DNA from: Candidatus Woesearchaeota archaeon
GTDB taxonomy: Archaea; Nanobdellota; Nanobdellia; Woesearchaeales; WJKB01
Direction of reading: 5' to 3'
DNA: 32,088 nucleotides
NCBI GenBank assembly: GCA_014729345.1
Contig: WJKB01000107.1
Coordinates: forward strand, 1-32,088
The position numbers were made by a program, and so were the translations under genes. The notes below the pieces were generated by a model. That model did not search any database and was not told the DNA's origin. It was given only the letters and a program-made list of their open reading frames with translations. How positions within the stretch are numbered: position 1 is the first letter of the stretch; every line of letters starts with the position of its first letter. This document shows positions 7,636-16,469 of the stretch, piece by piece.

Positions 7636-10043
7636 CTGCCATACAGATACCAGGCATGATGACAAGCTTTGGCCTCAAATACCCTCTCGCACTATTCGCC
7701 TACATACCTATAGCCATAATCATCATAGTGCTGGTCAAGAAGCAGTTCCTCAAATCAGAGGAGGTGCTGAGAAAAAGGTTTGACAGGGCGTTCCTGATAT
7801 TCTCCAGGCTGCTGATCTTCCTGCTCCTGGTCATAGCCATAGCAAATCCCTACCAGTTCAAGGAGACCACTGTCACAGGGGACGCTTCTGTCCTCATACT
7901 GCGGGACAACAGCACCTCGTTCAGCCTTTTTGACAGCCAGGAGATAGACAAGCTGGTCGACAACATAAGGCAGCATATACCTGTAACTGAAAAGTTCATA
8001 GGATACGGCGAAAGAAGCGCGATAGGCGACGGCATACTTACGAACATGCAGGGAGACGACAACCTGCTGGTCATAACAGATGGCAACAACAACCAGGGGA
8101 GGGATCTGGGGGACATGGTAGTTTTCGCGTCGCTGGTCAACACTACCATCAACACCCTGAAGCTGGAGCCTGACAAGAAAGACACCTCGGTTTTCATAGA
8201 AGGCCCTTCCCAGTCTATAGTCGACACAGAATCAGAGTTTTTTGTGGAGATAGCCCAGGTGGGAGGCTCAGCCCCTTATACGCTCACGCTGAAACTGGAC
8301 GGCAAGGAGATATCTTCAGGAGAATACCAGGGAGAAAGGGTCGAACAGTTCAGCAAGGTGCTGGAAGAGGGCTATCACCAGATCGTCGCCATAGTGGATG
8401 TAGAGGACCATTTTGAGGAGAACAACATATTCTACAAGACAGTGCACGTCCTTCCCAAACCCAACATCCTGTATGTCACAAACAAGGACAGCCCGATGTT
8501 CGACTCAGTAGCAAATATATACAATGTTCACATGACAGGCTCGCTCCCCTCTGACCTGGCATTCTACCATGCTGTGATCCTGGATGACATACCTGCTGAA
8601 AGGCTTGAGGAAAAGATAGATTTGATCAGGGATTACATCAGCGACGGCAATGGACTGATGGTGATCGGAGGCCAGAACAGCTATGAATACGGAGGATACC
8701 AGGGAGCCAGGTTCGAGACCCTGCTGCCTGCAAGGGTAGGCACAGGAGATGAGGATGATGACGGAGACGTGAACGTGGTGATCCTGGTGGACATCAGCGG
8801 CAGCACAGGCATAAAGTTCAGGGAAGACGGCACCTATACGACTTCTGACGTGGAAAAGGCGCTGGCCGTAGAGATAATGGACAGCCTGAGGTCGCAGGAC
8901 AAGGTCAGCGTGGTCGCATTCAACACCAACAGCTACCTTGTTGAGCCACTTTCGCCTATAATCTCAAAAGATATGGATATGGTAAAAGAAAGGATTAGGG
9001 CCCTGAAGTACGACGGAGGCACATACATATACTCAGGTATGAAGAGGGCCACCAGCATGCTCAGGAACAAGGAAGGCAGCAGGAACATGATACTCATTTC
9101 AGATGGGGACACGCTGCTTCCCCAAAACGCCCTCTCAGCTGCAACATATGCAGCAGCGCTGGGAATAACCACCTACTCTGTCGGAGTGGGCCAGGGCACT
9201 GTCACAGAATTCATGCAGAGGATGGCCTCAGAGGGAAAAGGCAGCTACTTCGAGCCTGAAGAGGCAGAGAAGCTTGCAGTGGTGTTCGGAAAAGGGGAAG
9301 AGGAAGAGGTCGAGGAGGCCATGGAACTGGTGATCCTGGATGGCAACCATTTCATAACAGCAAACCTGGGCATTACAGCGTCAGTGACAGGGTACAACCA
9401 GGTGATACCCAAATCCAGCTCCAGGCTGCTGGTCAGCACAGAGCTGAACAACCCCATCCTTACTGTCTGGAGATTCGGGCTTGGCAGGGTAGCTGCCCTC
9501 TCCACAGACAGCGGGGCGGGCTGGTCAGGCCAGCTGCTCAGCGAGGAAAATGCAGCCCTAATAACCAGGATGGTCAACTGGGCCGTAGGGGACATGGGCA
9601 GGAACCAAGATTTCAGCGTGGACGTGGAGGACACGCATCTTGGAAACCCGACATATATCTATGTCACAGCAGACCAGATGCCTGAATCAGAGGACCTGGA
9701 GTTCTCAAAAGTGGGTGAAAGGAGGTATGTCGCTGAGTTCATACCAGATACCACTGGCTTCAGCAAATTCTTCGACGCATACACGGCAGTGAACTACAAC
9801 AAGGAATACAGGGATACAGGCATGAACCCTGAGTTCAGGGACCTTGTAACCGTCACTGGAGGGAAAGTGCTGGACCCCTCAAAGCCTGAAGAGATAGTGG
9901 AAAAGATCAAGAAGGACAGCCAGAGAAAGAGGCTTGATTATGTCTATTACTCATGGATATTTGCAGCTTCCGCGATAGCGGTGTTCCTGGTGGAACTGCT
10001 GATCAGAAGGCTGCGTGAGAACAAGAACCTTTACGGAAAATGA
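7632..10043 (+). CDS. Large membrane protein with two vWA-like domains and a GATase1-like (DUF1355-type) middle domain
   Basis: The start overlaps the upstream stop (ATGA at 7632-7635). Features are an N-terminal TM, DxSxS motifs at LILRDNSTSF and VILVDISGSTG, the segment HAVILDDIPAERL...GNGLMVIGG that resembles the class I glutamine-amidotransferase-like fold of Bat-type proteins, and a C-terminal TM (IFAASAIAVFLVELLI). Confidence 0.7.
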   Translation: MTAIQIPGMMTSFGLKYPLALFAYIPIAIIIIVLVKKQFLKSEEVLRKRFDRAFLIFSRLLIFLLLVIAIANPYQFKETTVTGDASVLILRDNSTSFSLFDSQEIDKLVDNIRQHIPVTEKFIGYGERSAIGDGILTNMQGDDNLLVITDGNNNQGRDLGDMVVFASLVNTTINTLKLEPDKKDTSVFIEGPSQSIVDTESEFFVEIAQVGGSAPYTLTLKLDGKEISSGEYQGERVEQFSKVLEEGYHQIVAIVDVEDHFEENNIFYKTVHVLPKPNILYVTNKDSPMFDSVANIYNVHMTGSLPSDLAFYHAVILDDIPAERLEEKIDLIRDYISDGNGLMVIGGQNSYEYGGYQGARFETLLPARVGTGDEDDDGDVNVVILVDISGSTGIKFREDGTYTTSDVEKALAVEIMDSLRSQDKVSVVAFNTNSYLVEPLSPIISKDMDMVKERIRALKYDGGTYIYSGMKRATSMLRNKEGSRNMILISDGDTLLPQNALSAATYAAALGITTYSVGVGQGTVTEFMQRMASEGKGSYFEPEEAEKLAVVFGKGEEEEVEEAMELVILDGNHFITANLGITASVTGYNQVIPKSSSRLLVSTELNNPILTVWRFGLGRVAALSTDSGAGWSGQLLSEENAALITRMVNWAVGDMGRNQDFSVDVEDTHLGNPTYIYVTADQMPESEDLEFSKVGERRYVAEFIPDTTGFSKFFDAYTAVNYNKEYRDTGMNPEFRDLVTVTGGKVLDPSKPEEIVEKIKKDSQRKRLDYVYYSWIFAASAIAVFLVELLIRRLRENKNLYGK

Positions 10044-10082
10044 CGATAATATGATAACAAACCAAAGGAGAGGAGGATAAGT

Positions 10083-10673
10083 ATGTCATTCATGAAAAGC
10101 AATGTAAACGTCGTGCTGCTGGGCCTGGTGATACTCTCGATGGCAGGGATAGTGGTCATCACAGTATACTACCAGGAGACCTTTGACCAGCTTTATGATG
10201 AGTATGAGACCAAGCTAAGGGAGCTGAACCAGACCATGATAGAGCTTGACGTGCATATGAAGCAGCTGAACACAACCCAATTCGAGCTGGAGATACGGTC
10301 TGAAAGGGAGGAGGAGCTGAGCGGCAAGTACACAGATGTCAAAGAGAAGAAGGATGATATTGCAGAGGAGCTGAACGACACTGCAGCAGAGCTCAAGCAG
10401 ACAAAGGATGACTATATCCGGACCCACAACCAGCTGAGGATCACCGAGAAAGATCTGGAGGATACCAAGGATGCGCTTGAGGACGCCATGAGGAAGCTCA
10501 ATAACTATGAGAACGCGGTAGCTTCCCTGGACGACAATGCAGAGGATGTGAGGACGACCATAAACATCTGGCTGGGAGATCCTGAGGACGTATGCTATGA
10601 GCTGGCAGATGATATCGACGAGGATTTTGATGACCTGGAAGAGGACATATCTGCCCTGAAGGACATCAGCTGA
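10083..10673 (+). CDS. Single-pass membrane protein with an acidic coiled-coil ectodomain (hypothetical)
   Basis: 196 aa. It has an N-terminal TM (VVLLGLVILSMAGIVVITVYY) followed by heptad-like Glu/Lys/Leu-rich sequence. GGAGAGGAGG lies upstream of the ATG. It is embedded in the vWA/MoxR cluster. Confidence 0.6.
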   Translation: MSFMKSNVNVVLLGLVILSMAGIVVITVYYQETFDQLYDEYETKLRELNQTMIELDVHMKQLNTTQFELEIRSEREEELSGKYTDVKEKKDDIAEELNDTAAELKQTKDDYIRTHNQLRITEKDLEDTKDALEDAMRKLNNYENAVASLDDNAEDVRTTINIWLGDPEDVCYELADDIDEDFDDLEEDISALKDIS

Positions 10674-10707
10674 CAAGAGAAATGAAGATGGAGACAGGAT
10701 TGAGATC

Positions 10708-11526
10708 ATGAAAGGATTCAAGAGGATACTGGATGAGGTAAGGAGGAACCTGGACGCGATAGAGTTCCTGGATATTCTACTGAGCACGGTCCTGATATTC
10801 CTGGCCTCATACCTGATGCTGATGCTTATCAGTGTCAACCCCCTTTATGCAGCAGTCCCTGCGCTGACATTCATGGCAGCAGCCGGATACATAGCGCTGA
10901 ACAGGAACAAGCTCCAGATAGTGGAAGGGGAGTACGCAGAGCTGGACGAAAAGCTGAGGACAGCCCAGGATTACCTTGACAAGGACAACGAGATGGTGGA
11001 AGCGCTCCAGGAAGAGATCGCAAGGGACATAAGGAAGGTTGAAGCCGGCAGGTTCTTCGACCCGAAGAGGTCAGGCACCAAGATCATAGGGATAGTCCTG
11101 CTTTGTTTCCTTATCATCTTCGCAAGCACCCTCAACATACAACTCTTTGACTTCAGCAAGTCGGTGACAGGGGGGCTGCAGGCGGCGGAAGATGTATTCT
11201 TCAAGGATACCTATGACACTGAGGCAGACGAGCAGTTCATGCAGGGTGGAAAGCAGGAGAGCGAGCCCGGAGACGTGCCCACAAGCGATGACATCTACGG
11301 AAGCGCGTCCATAGCAAAGCTCGGAGGCAGGGCCACAGAGGTCGAGATCAGGCCGGTGAACTATGAGATCAGCATAAGGGACGGGGGAGAGGTGCAGGAG
11401 AAGCAGTTTGAGGAACTGTTCCCTGAAGAGATATACTCAGTGACATCTGAGACATACGAAGAAAACATACCCAAGGAACAGGAGGACCTGGTAAGGAGCT
11501 ATTTTGAGAACCTTGCCGGTAGATAG
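10708..11526 (+). CDS. Multi-pass membrane protein (hypothetical), member of the vWA/MoxR cluster
   Basis: 272 aa with three hydrophobic segments (ILLSTVLIFLASYLMLMLI, YAAVPALTFMAAAGYIAL, IIGIVLLCFLIIFAS) and an acidic C-terminal tail. I recognise no family. Confidence 0.55.
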   Translation: MKGFKRILDEVRRNLDAIEFLDILLSTVLIFLASYLMLMLISVNPLYAAVPALTFMAAAGYIALNRNKLQIVEGEYAELDEKLRTAQDYLDKDNEMVEALQEEIARDIRKVEAGRFFDPKRSGTKIIGIVLLCFLIIFASTLNIQLFDFSKSVTGGLQAAEDVFFKDTYDTEADEQFMQGGKQESEPGDVPTSDDIYGSASIAKLGGRATEVEIRPVNYEISIRDGGEVQEKQFEELFPEEIYSVTSETYEENIPKEQEDLVRSYFENLAGR

Positions 11527-11551
11527 TATCAGGATCAAAGGAGGTATAAAA

Positions 11552-12481
11552 ATGAGCAGACAATACAAATCGACGTTTGACAGTGTATTCAAGGAGATGA
11601 ACAAGGTGATAATAGGGATGGACGACGTGCTTGAGCAGGTCATGGTGTCGATAATATGCGACGCCAACGCCCTGCTGGAAGGTTATCCAGGACTGGCAAA
11701 GACCCTTGCCATAAGGACGCTCGCCCAGGTCATGGACCTGAAGTTCAGCAGGATCCAGAACACCCCTGACCTCATGCCCTCAGACATTACAGGAACATAC
11801 ATAATCGAGGAATCAGGGGGCAAGAGGAACTTCAAGTTCGAGCCAGGCCCCATATTCGCGAACATTGTGCTTGCGGACGAGATAAACAGGGCCACCCCAA
11901 AGACCCAGTCTGCCCTGCTGGAAGCGATGCAGGAGAAGCAGGTTACAGTAGGGACAAACACATTCAAGCTGGACCTGCCTTTCTTTGTGCTGGCCACCCA
12001 AAACCCCATAGAACAGGAGGGCACATACCCCCTGCCTGAAGCGCAGGCAGACAGGTTCCTGCTGAAGATCAAGGTTGGGTATCCGAAACCTGAGGAGGAG
12101 CTGCAGATCATAGACAGGTTCACCGAGGAGATGAAGATGCCCTCTGTCAAGGTAGTGCTCACAAAGAACCATCTTGAGCAGCTGCAGAAGACAGCCAGAC
12201 AGGTGCCTATCGCAAATGACCTCAAGAAAAAGGTGCTGAAGATAATAGCCGCAACAAGGGAGAAAAAAGAGCTCATAGAGTATGGAGCATCTCCAAGGGC
12301 ATCCATGGGCCTGGTGCTGGCCTCAAAGGCAAGGGCGCTGATAAACGGCAGGCACCATGTCAGCTCTGAGGACATCGAGACCATGGCCTATCCTATACTC
12401 AGGCACAGGATAATACTCAACTTTGAGGCAGAAAGGAAAGGCCTCACAGTAGATGATGCGATAGGGCAGATACTCAAATGA
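11552..12481 (+). CDS. MoxR-family AAA+ ATPase
   Basis: I prefer the ATG at 11552, which follows AAAGGAGG; the track ORF begins at 11504. Motifs are a Walker A variant LLEGYPGLAKT, Walker B VLADEINRA and the PKTQSALLEAMQEKQVTV sensor region typical of AAA_3/MoxR. Confidence 0.9.
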   Translation: MSRQYKSTFDSVFKEMNKVIIGMDDVLEQVMVSIICDANALLEGYPGLAKTLAIRTLAQVMDLKFSRIQNTPDLMPSDITGTYIIEESGGKRNFKFEPGPIFANIVLADEINRATPKTQSALLEAMQEKQVTVGTNTFKLDLPFFVLATQNPIEQEGTYPLPEAQADRFLLKIKVGYPKPEEELQIIDRFTEEMKMPSVKVVLTKNHLEQLQKTARQVPIANDLKKKVLKIIAATREKKELIEYGASPRASMGLVLASKARALINGRHHVSSEDIETMAYPILRHRIILNFEAERKGLTVDDAIGQILK

Positions 12482-13326
12482 TCGACACCAAATTCCTGGA
12501 CCAGCTGGACAGGTTCAGCCTGATCATCCATAAGAGGGTGACCTCCAGCTATACAGGCACGAGGAAGAGCGTTGCGCCAGGGCATGGGCTGGTCATAAAA
12601 GACTACAGGCCCTACGTGCCTGGCGATGATTTCAGATCCATAGACTGGAGGATATACGCCAGGACAGATGATTTCTTCGTAAGGAGATATGAGGAGGAAA
12701 GGAACCTTGTGGTGCATGTGATAATAGACTCCAGCAAGAGCATGGATTTCGGCAGCGGCAGGACAAAGTTTGAGTTCGCGTCCATGATAGGCATGGGCAT
12801 GACATACCTTGCCATGAAAGAGAACGAGAAGTTCCAGCTGTCGACGTTCTCAGACCAGCTTGACTTCTTCAGGCCAAGGAAAGGGATGAACCAGCTGGCG
12901 GCTGTGCTGCAGTACCTCAACACACAGAAGGTAAGCGGAAAGTCCAACTTCTTGGAAGCCATGAGGCATTACAAGAAGCTTATAAGCAACAGAGCCCTGG
13001 TCGTGATGATATCTGATTTCCTTTTCGACGCAGACCAGATAAGGGATGCCCTGTACCTCATGGGAAAACATGACATCAAGCTGATACAGGTCCTGGACAA
13101 GAAGGAGAAAGAGCTTAAGTATACCGGAGACCTTAAGCTCCATGATTCAGAGAGCAGGAGCATACTCAGGACATTCATCAGCCCGAGGCTCAGGATGAAG
13201 TATAGGCAGAAGCTTGATGAGCACAACCACAAGATAGAGTCTGTCTGCGACACACTTGGCGCTGAGTTCCACCAGCTGACCACAGATACCCCTATATTCG
13301 ACGCTTTTTACCAGATACTGAAGTAA
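12478..13326 (+). CDS. DUF58 family protein (vWA-like partner of MoxR)
   Basis: Its ATGA overlaps the MoxR stop. The DUF58 signature is KDYRPYVPGDDFRSIDWRIYARTD, followed by VIIDSSKSMDFG (DxSxS). Confidence 0.85.
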   Translation: MIDTKFLDQLDRFSLIIHKRVTSSYTGTRKSVAPGHGLVIKDYRPYVPGDDFRSIDWRIYARTDDFFVRRYEEERNLVVHVIIDSSKSMDFGSGRTKFEFASMIGMGMTYLAMKENEKFQLSTFSDQLDFFRPRKGMNQLAAVLQYLNTQKVSGKSNFLEAMRHYKKLISNRALVVMISDFLFDADQIRDALYLMGKHDIKLIQVLDKKEKELKYTGDLKLHDSESRSILRTFISPRLRMKYRQKLDEHNHKIESVCDTLGAEFHQLTTDTPIFDAFYQILK

Positions 13327-13359
13327 GATTTATATAGCGGCACTTCAAACCGTGATAAT

Positions 13360-14451
13360 ATGGAGACAACAAGATTTATCGAATGGCTCAAGGACAGGCA
13401 GCTTTTCCATGTTGCAAGGAACAAGTACAGCGTATTTCAGAAAGTGCTGACAGGCTGTCTCGGACTCAGGAGAGAGAAACTTCTGATCATAGGGGACATG
13501 GGATATGCCAACAAGAGGATATCCCCCCTCATGACCGCATGCTACTATCTTGCCGCAAAAGAGCTGAAGATGGACGCTGAAGTAGCTATCCAGAACCCAA
13601 AGAAATCAGGAGAAGCTGCAGACGACTTTATAGCAGATGCACTTTTCAGGCTGGAGCCATGCAACGCTGTAGTGGTATGTGCAAGCGAGAAGATAGGCAA
13701 CCTGAAACAGATAGGCAAAAGCTTCAGGAGTTTCTGCAAAAAGAACGACCACAGGTTCGTATCCACAGTATCTCTGGGATACCTGGACACCAAGAAGATA
13801 GACTCTATCATCTCAGCCATAGACATAGATTATGCAAAACAAAAAGAAAAAGATGATAATATAATGAGGATACTTGAGCAAGGAAAGAAGCTCAAGGTAA
13901 GGACAGACAAGGGCACTGACCTGACCATGGATATAGGGGGAGTGCCTGTAAGCTCAGCAGACGGAGATTACCGGCAACCAGGGACAGGCGGAAACATCCC
14001 TGCAGGAGAGGTCTATCTGCCGCCCAGGAAAGTCAACGGGACCGTGATGGTGGATGCCAGCTCAAGGTCAGGGTTCGGGACAAAGCTGCCAAAGGAGCCC
14101 ATAATGATAAAGATAAAAGACAGCAGGATAACGGACATCGAAGGAGGGATCGAGGCAGGCTATCTGAGAAGAAGCTTTGAATTCGCAGAGGCAAGAGCAA
14201 AATACCCTGAAAGGGTCAGGATCATAGGGGAGATGGGGATAGGCCTCAACCAGAAAGCCAGGATCATAGGAAGCACTATAGTGGATGAGAAAGTCATCAA
14301 TACAGCACACATAGCAGTAGGGTCAAACTACTGGTTCGGGGGAGATGTGAGGACCATAATCCATTATGACCAGATATTCAACAATCCAAGATTATATGTG
14401 GACGGAAAAGAGCTTAAGATAAACGCTCATGGGTGGGGGAGCATAGAATAG
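13360..14451 (+). CDS. M29-family aminopeptidase (aminopeptidase T/PepS-like)
   Basis: 363 aa. GGNIPAGEVYLPP and HIAVGSN segments resemble thermophilic metalloprotease M29. The call rests on motif memory only. Confidence 0.6.
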   Translation: METTRFIEWLKDRQLFHVARNKYSVFQKVLTGCLGLRREKLLIIGDMGYANKRISPLMTACYYLAAKELKMDAEVAIQNPKKSGEAADDFIADALFRLEPCNAVVVCASEKIGNLKQIGKSFRSFCKKNDHRFVSTVSLGYLDTKKIDSIISAIDIDYAKQKEKDDNIMRILEQGKKLKVRTDKGTDLTMDIGGVPVSSADGDYRQPGTGGNIPAGEVYLPPRKVNGTVMVDASSRSGFGTKLPKEPIMIKIKDSRITDIEGGIEAGYLRRSFEFAEARAKYPERVRIIGEMGIGLNQKARIIGSTIVDEKVINTAHIAVGSNYWFGGDVRTIIHYDQIFNNPRLYVDGKELKINAHGWGSIE

Positions 14452-14516
14452 CCCCAAAAGCTCAGAACTCCATCACCTGTCCGCCATAACAGCTGACTGT
14501 GCAACATGTGGTGTTC

Positions 14517-15434
14517 TCAAAATGACCTGAAGCAGAGGCATTCCTTGATATCCTCGACAGTGTTTGAGGAAGTGATCCTCTGCCTCAGCCTGGCAGAACC
14601 TTTGAGCCCTTTTGTGAAATTACATGAATGCACCTTAAGTCTTGCCTTGTCGATACATCCGCACTTTTCCGCAAGTTCCAGGTATTGGGCAAACATCTGG
14701 TGTTTTGGAATGACCTTATTACCCTGGAGCTCTGCGAATATCGCAGGGTTTCCCATAGCAGCCCTTCCTACCATCACAAAGTCACAGCCTGTTGCCCTGA
14801 ACATGTCTTCAGCATCCTGCCTGGACTGAACATCGCCATTTCCTATTACAGGCACTGAAACATTTTCTTTGACATTCCTTACAGCCTCAAGATCAGCCTT
14901 GCCTGAATACATCTGGGATGATGTTCTTGCATGCACCGCTATCGCTGCAGCGCCTGCTGATTGGACAGCTTCTGCAACATGCAGGTCTGAATTACTGTCC
15001 TGGATCCTTATCTTGGCAGTTACAGGTATGCCTACGGCTTTGACCATGGCCCTGATGATAGAGCGTATCCTATCCGGATGCTTCAGCAGGGCAGAGCCTG
15101 CGCCCTGCTTCCTGACCTTAATGTCCGGGCAGCCAAGGTTAAGGTCTATGATATCAGCGCCTTTTTTTTCCACTATACTTGCAGCTTTTGCAAGCAGTCT
15201 TGCATCTGCGCCGAAGAGCTGGACAGCCACAGGCTTCTCCTCCGTGCACACAGACGCTTTTCTGACAGCTTCCCTGTTCTCACGGATGAGAGCGATAGGG
15301 TTTACCATCTCAGAACAGACAAGGGCTGCTCCATATCTCCTGCACAAAACTCGGAAAGCTATGTCTGTGATACCTGCCATAGGAGCGAGTATGAACCTAT
15401 TCTTCAGCCGAACATGTCCTATGCTGTATACCAT
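14517..15434 (-). CDS. dus: tRNA-dihydrouridine synthase
   Basis: It shows the FILAPMAGITDIAFR motif and TIM-barrel Dus motifs (DLNLGCP, VTAKIR, VHARTS, IGNGDV). The track ORF starts at a GTG at 15503. I prefer the ATG at 15434 (MVYSIGHVRLKNRF...) because the family N-terminus begins there and a TATA-like CTTAAAAAG is centred about 26 nt upstream. The start remains uncertain. Confidence 0.8.
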   Translation of the reverse strand: MVYSIGHVRLKNRFILAPMAGITDIAFRVLCRRYGAALVCSEMVNPIALIRENREAVRKASVCTEEKPVAVQLFGADARLLAKAASIVEKKGADIIDLNLGCPDIKVRKQGAGSALLKHPDRIRSIIRAMVKAVGIPVTAKIRIQDSNSDLHVAEAVQSAGAAAIAVHARTSSQMYSGKADLEAVRNVKENVSVPVIGNGDVQSRQDAEDMFRATGCDFVMVGRAAMGNPAIFAELQGNKVIPKHQMFAQYLELAEKCGCIDKARLKVHSCNFTKGLKGSARLRQRITSSNTVEDIKECLCFRSF

Positions 15435-15629
15435 AAGCTGGGCTTTGACAGAAAGCTTTTTAAGAGTTTCGCAAGTCCTTGTCAGCTGAGAATCTCCTGA
15501 CACTGTACCCGCCTACGCGGTAGGCTGTCCTGAAAAGCATGACCGCAGAATGATTCATAGTGGAATATCCCAGTGCAAGGGCAGATGCTGCCGGAGGAGA
15601 TAGTTCTTCAGATAGATAGATGAGTACAA

Positions 15630-15754
15630 AGCCTCTGGCGAGAGTTGAACTCGCGACCTTTACCTTTTTGTAAAAGATCAAGCCCAAGTGTACCAAGGTC
15701 TAGCGGGTAAAAACTTGGTTTTCACCTAACGCTCTACCACTGAGCTACAGAGGC
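15630..15754 (-). tRNA. tRNA-Thr (anticodon GGU) with two introns (15700-15727 and 15666-15690)
   Basis: The minus strand reads GCCTCTG-TA-GCTC-AGTGGTA-GAGC-G-TT[28 nt]ACC-TTGGTA[25 nt]A-GGTAA-AGGTC-GCGAG-TTCAACT-CTCGC-CAGAGGC-T. Removing both introns gives a 72-nt cloverleaf with all stems Watson-Crick, anticodon loop TTGGTAA and discriminator U. No CCA is encoded. Confidence 0.8.
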
Positions 15755-15834
15755 ACAAACAGTTATTTTACCTATTCCTATATAAATATTATTATTCCGA
15801 TAGGTTTATATATCATCTTGGTAATGAAACCAGC
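15755..15834. promoter_or_regulatory. Bidirectional promoter region with two TATA boxes
   Basis: TTTATATA on the minus strand (15779-15786) is centred about 28 nt upstream of the tRNA-Thr 5' end at 15754. TTTATATA on the plus strand (15805-15812) is centred about 27 nt upstream of the ATG at 15835. Confidence 0.5.
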
Positions 15835-16440
15835 ATGGGTATAGCAAAAACATTTCTTGCGATCGGGATCGCAGTGGTATTTGCAGTGTTTGTAGCTTAC
15901 GGACTTTATGTTGTTTACGAGCCTCCAAAATACCAGTATGAGAGTTCTGACTGCTACCAGAATTACGACTGCGAGGAGATGCTGGAGAAGTGCTATCCTG
16001 AGAGGAATGCCACTAACCAGACAGCGCCTATGCCTATAAGGGTGCCTTACAAGAACGAATGCATCGACGAAGTCCAAAGCAGCGAAGAGTACATCGGATG
16101 CCGGATAGCAAGGGATGAATGCGAGGATGAGTTCCTGCAGACCACTGCAAGATATAAACATTCGAGAAACTCGTTCTGGATCTTGATGTTTATCGGGATT
16201 GCAGCAATTGTGGCTGGAATGTTCCTGAACCATCTTGAAGGCATAGGCTCAGGCATAATGGCAGGAGGTATTCTTGTAATCCTATGGTCATTAGGCTATA
16301 CAGCAGAGTACTGGTTCAAGCTGAACAAATACATCAAGCTGTTCATGTTAGGTGTTGTTCTTGTGCTTCTGATATATCTTGGATATAAAAGATTAGAAGA
16401 TAAGCTGGATGGAAAGGATAAGAAGAGTTCTAAAAGATAG
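15835..16440 (+). CDS. Membrane protein with a Cys-rich extracytoplasmic loop (hypothetical)
   Basis: 201 aa. It has an N-terminal TM, then a segment with six Cys (SSDCYQNYDCEEMLEKCY...NECIDE...GCRIARDECEDEF), then three further TM segments and a Lys-rich tail. Confidence 0.6.
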   Translation: MGIAKTFLAIGIAVVFAVFVAYGLYVVYEPPKYQYESSDCYQNYDCEEMLEKCYPERNATNQTAPMPIRVPYKNECIDEVQSSEEYIGCRIARDECEDEFLQTTARYKHSRNSFWILMFIGIAAIVAGMFLNHLEGIGSGIMAGGILVILWSLGYTAEYWFKLNKYIKLFMLGVVLVLLIYLGYKRLEDKLDGKDKKSSKR

Positions 16441-16469
16441 AAGAGTTCTGAAAGAATAGATAACAAAAA

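Noticed and set aside
14506-15500. Plus-strand ORFs antisense to dus (14506-14829, 14869-15489, 15078-15500)
   Set aside because: They are shadow ORFs of the Dus gene and show no recognisable motifs.
15460-15696. 78-aa minus-strand ORF overlapping the 3' half of tRNA-Thr
   Set aside because: It overlaps a well-supported tRNA gene and GC-rich spacer, and it has no start signals.
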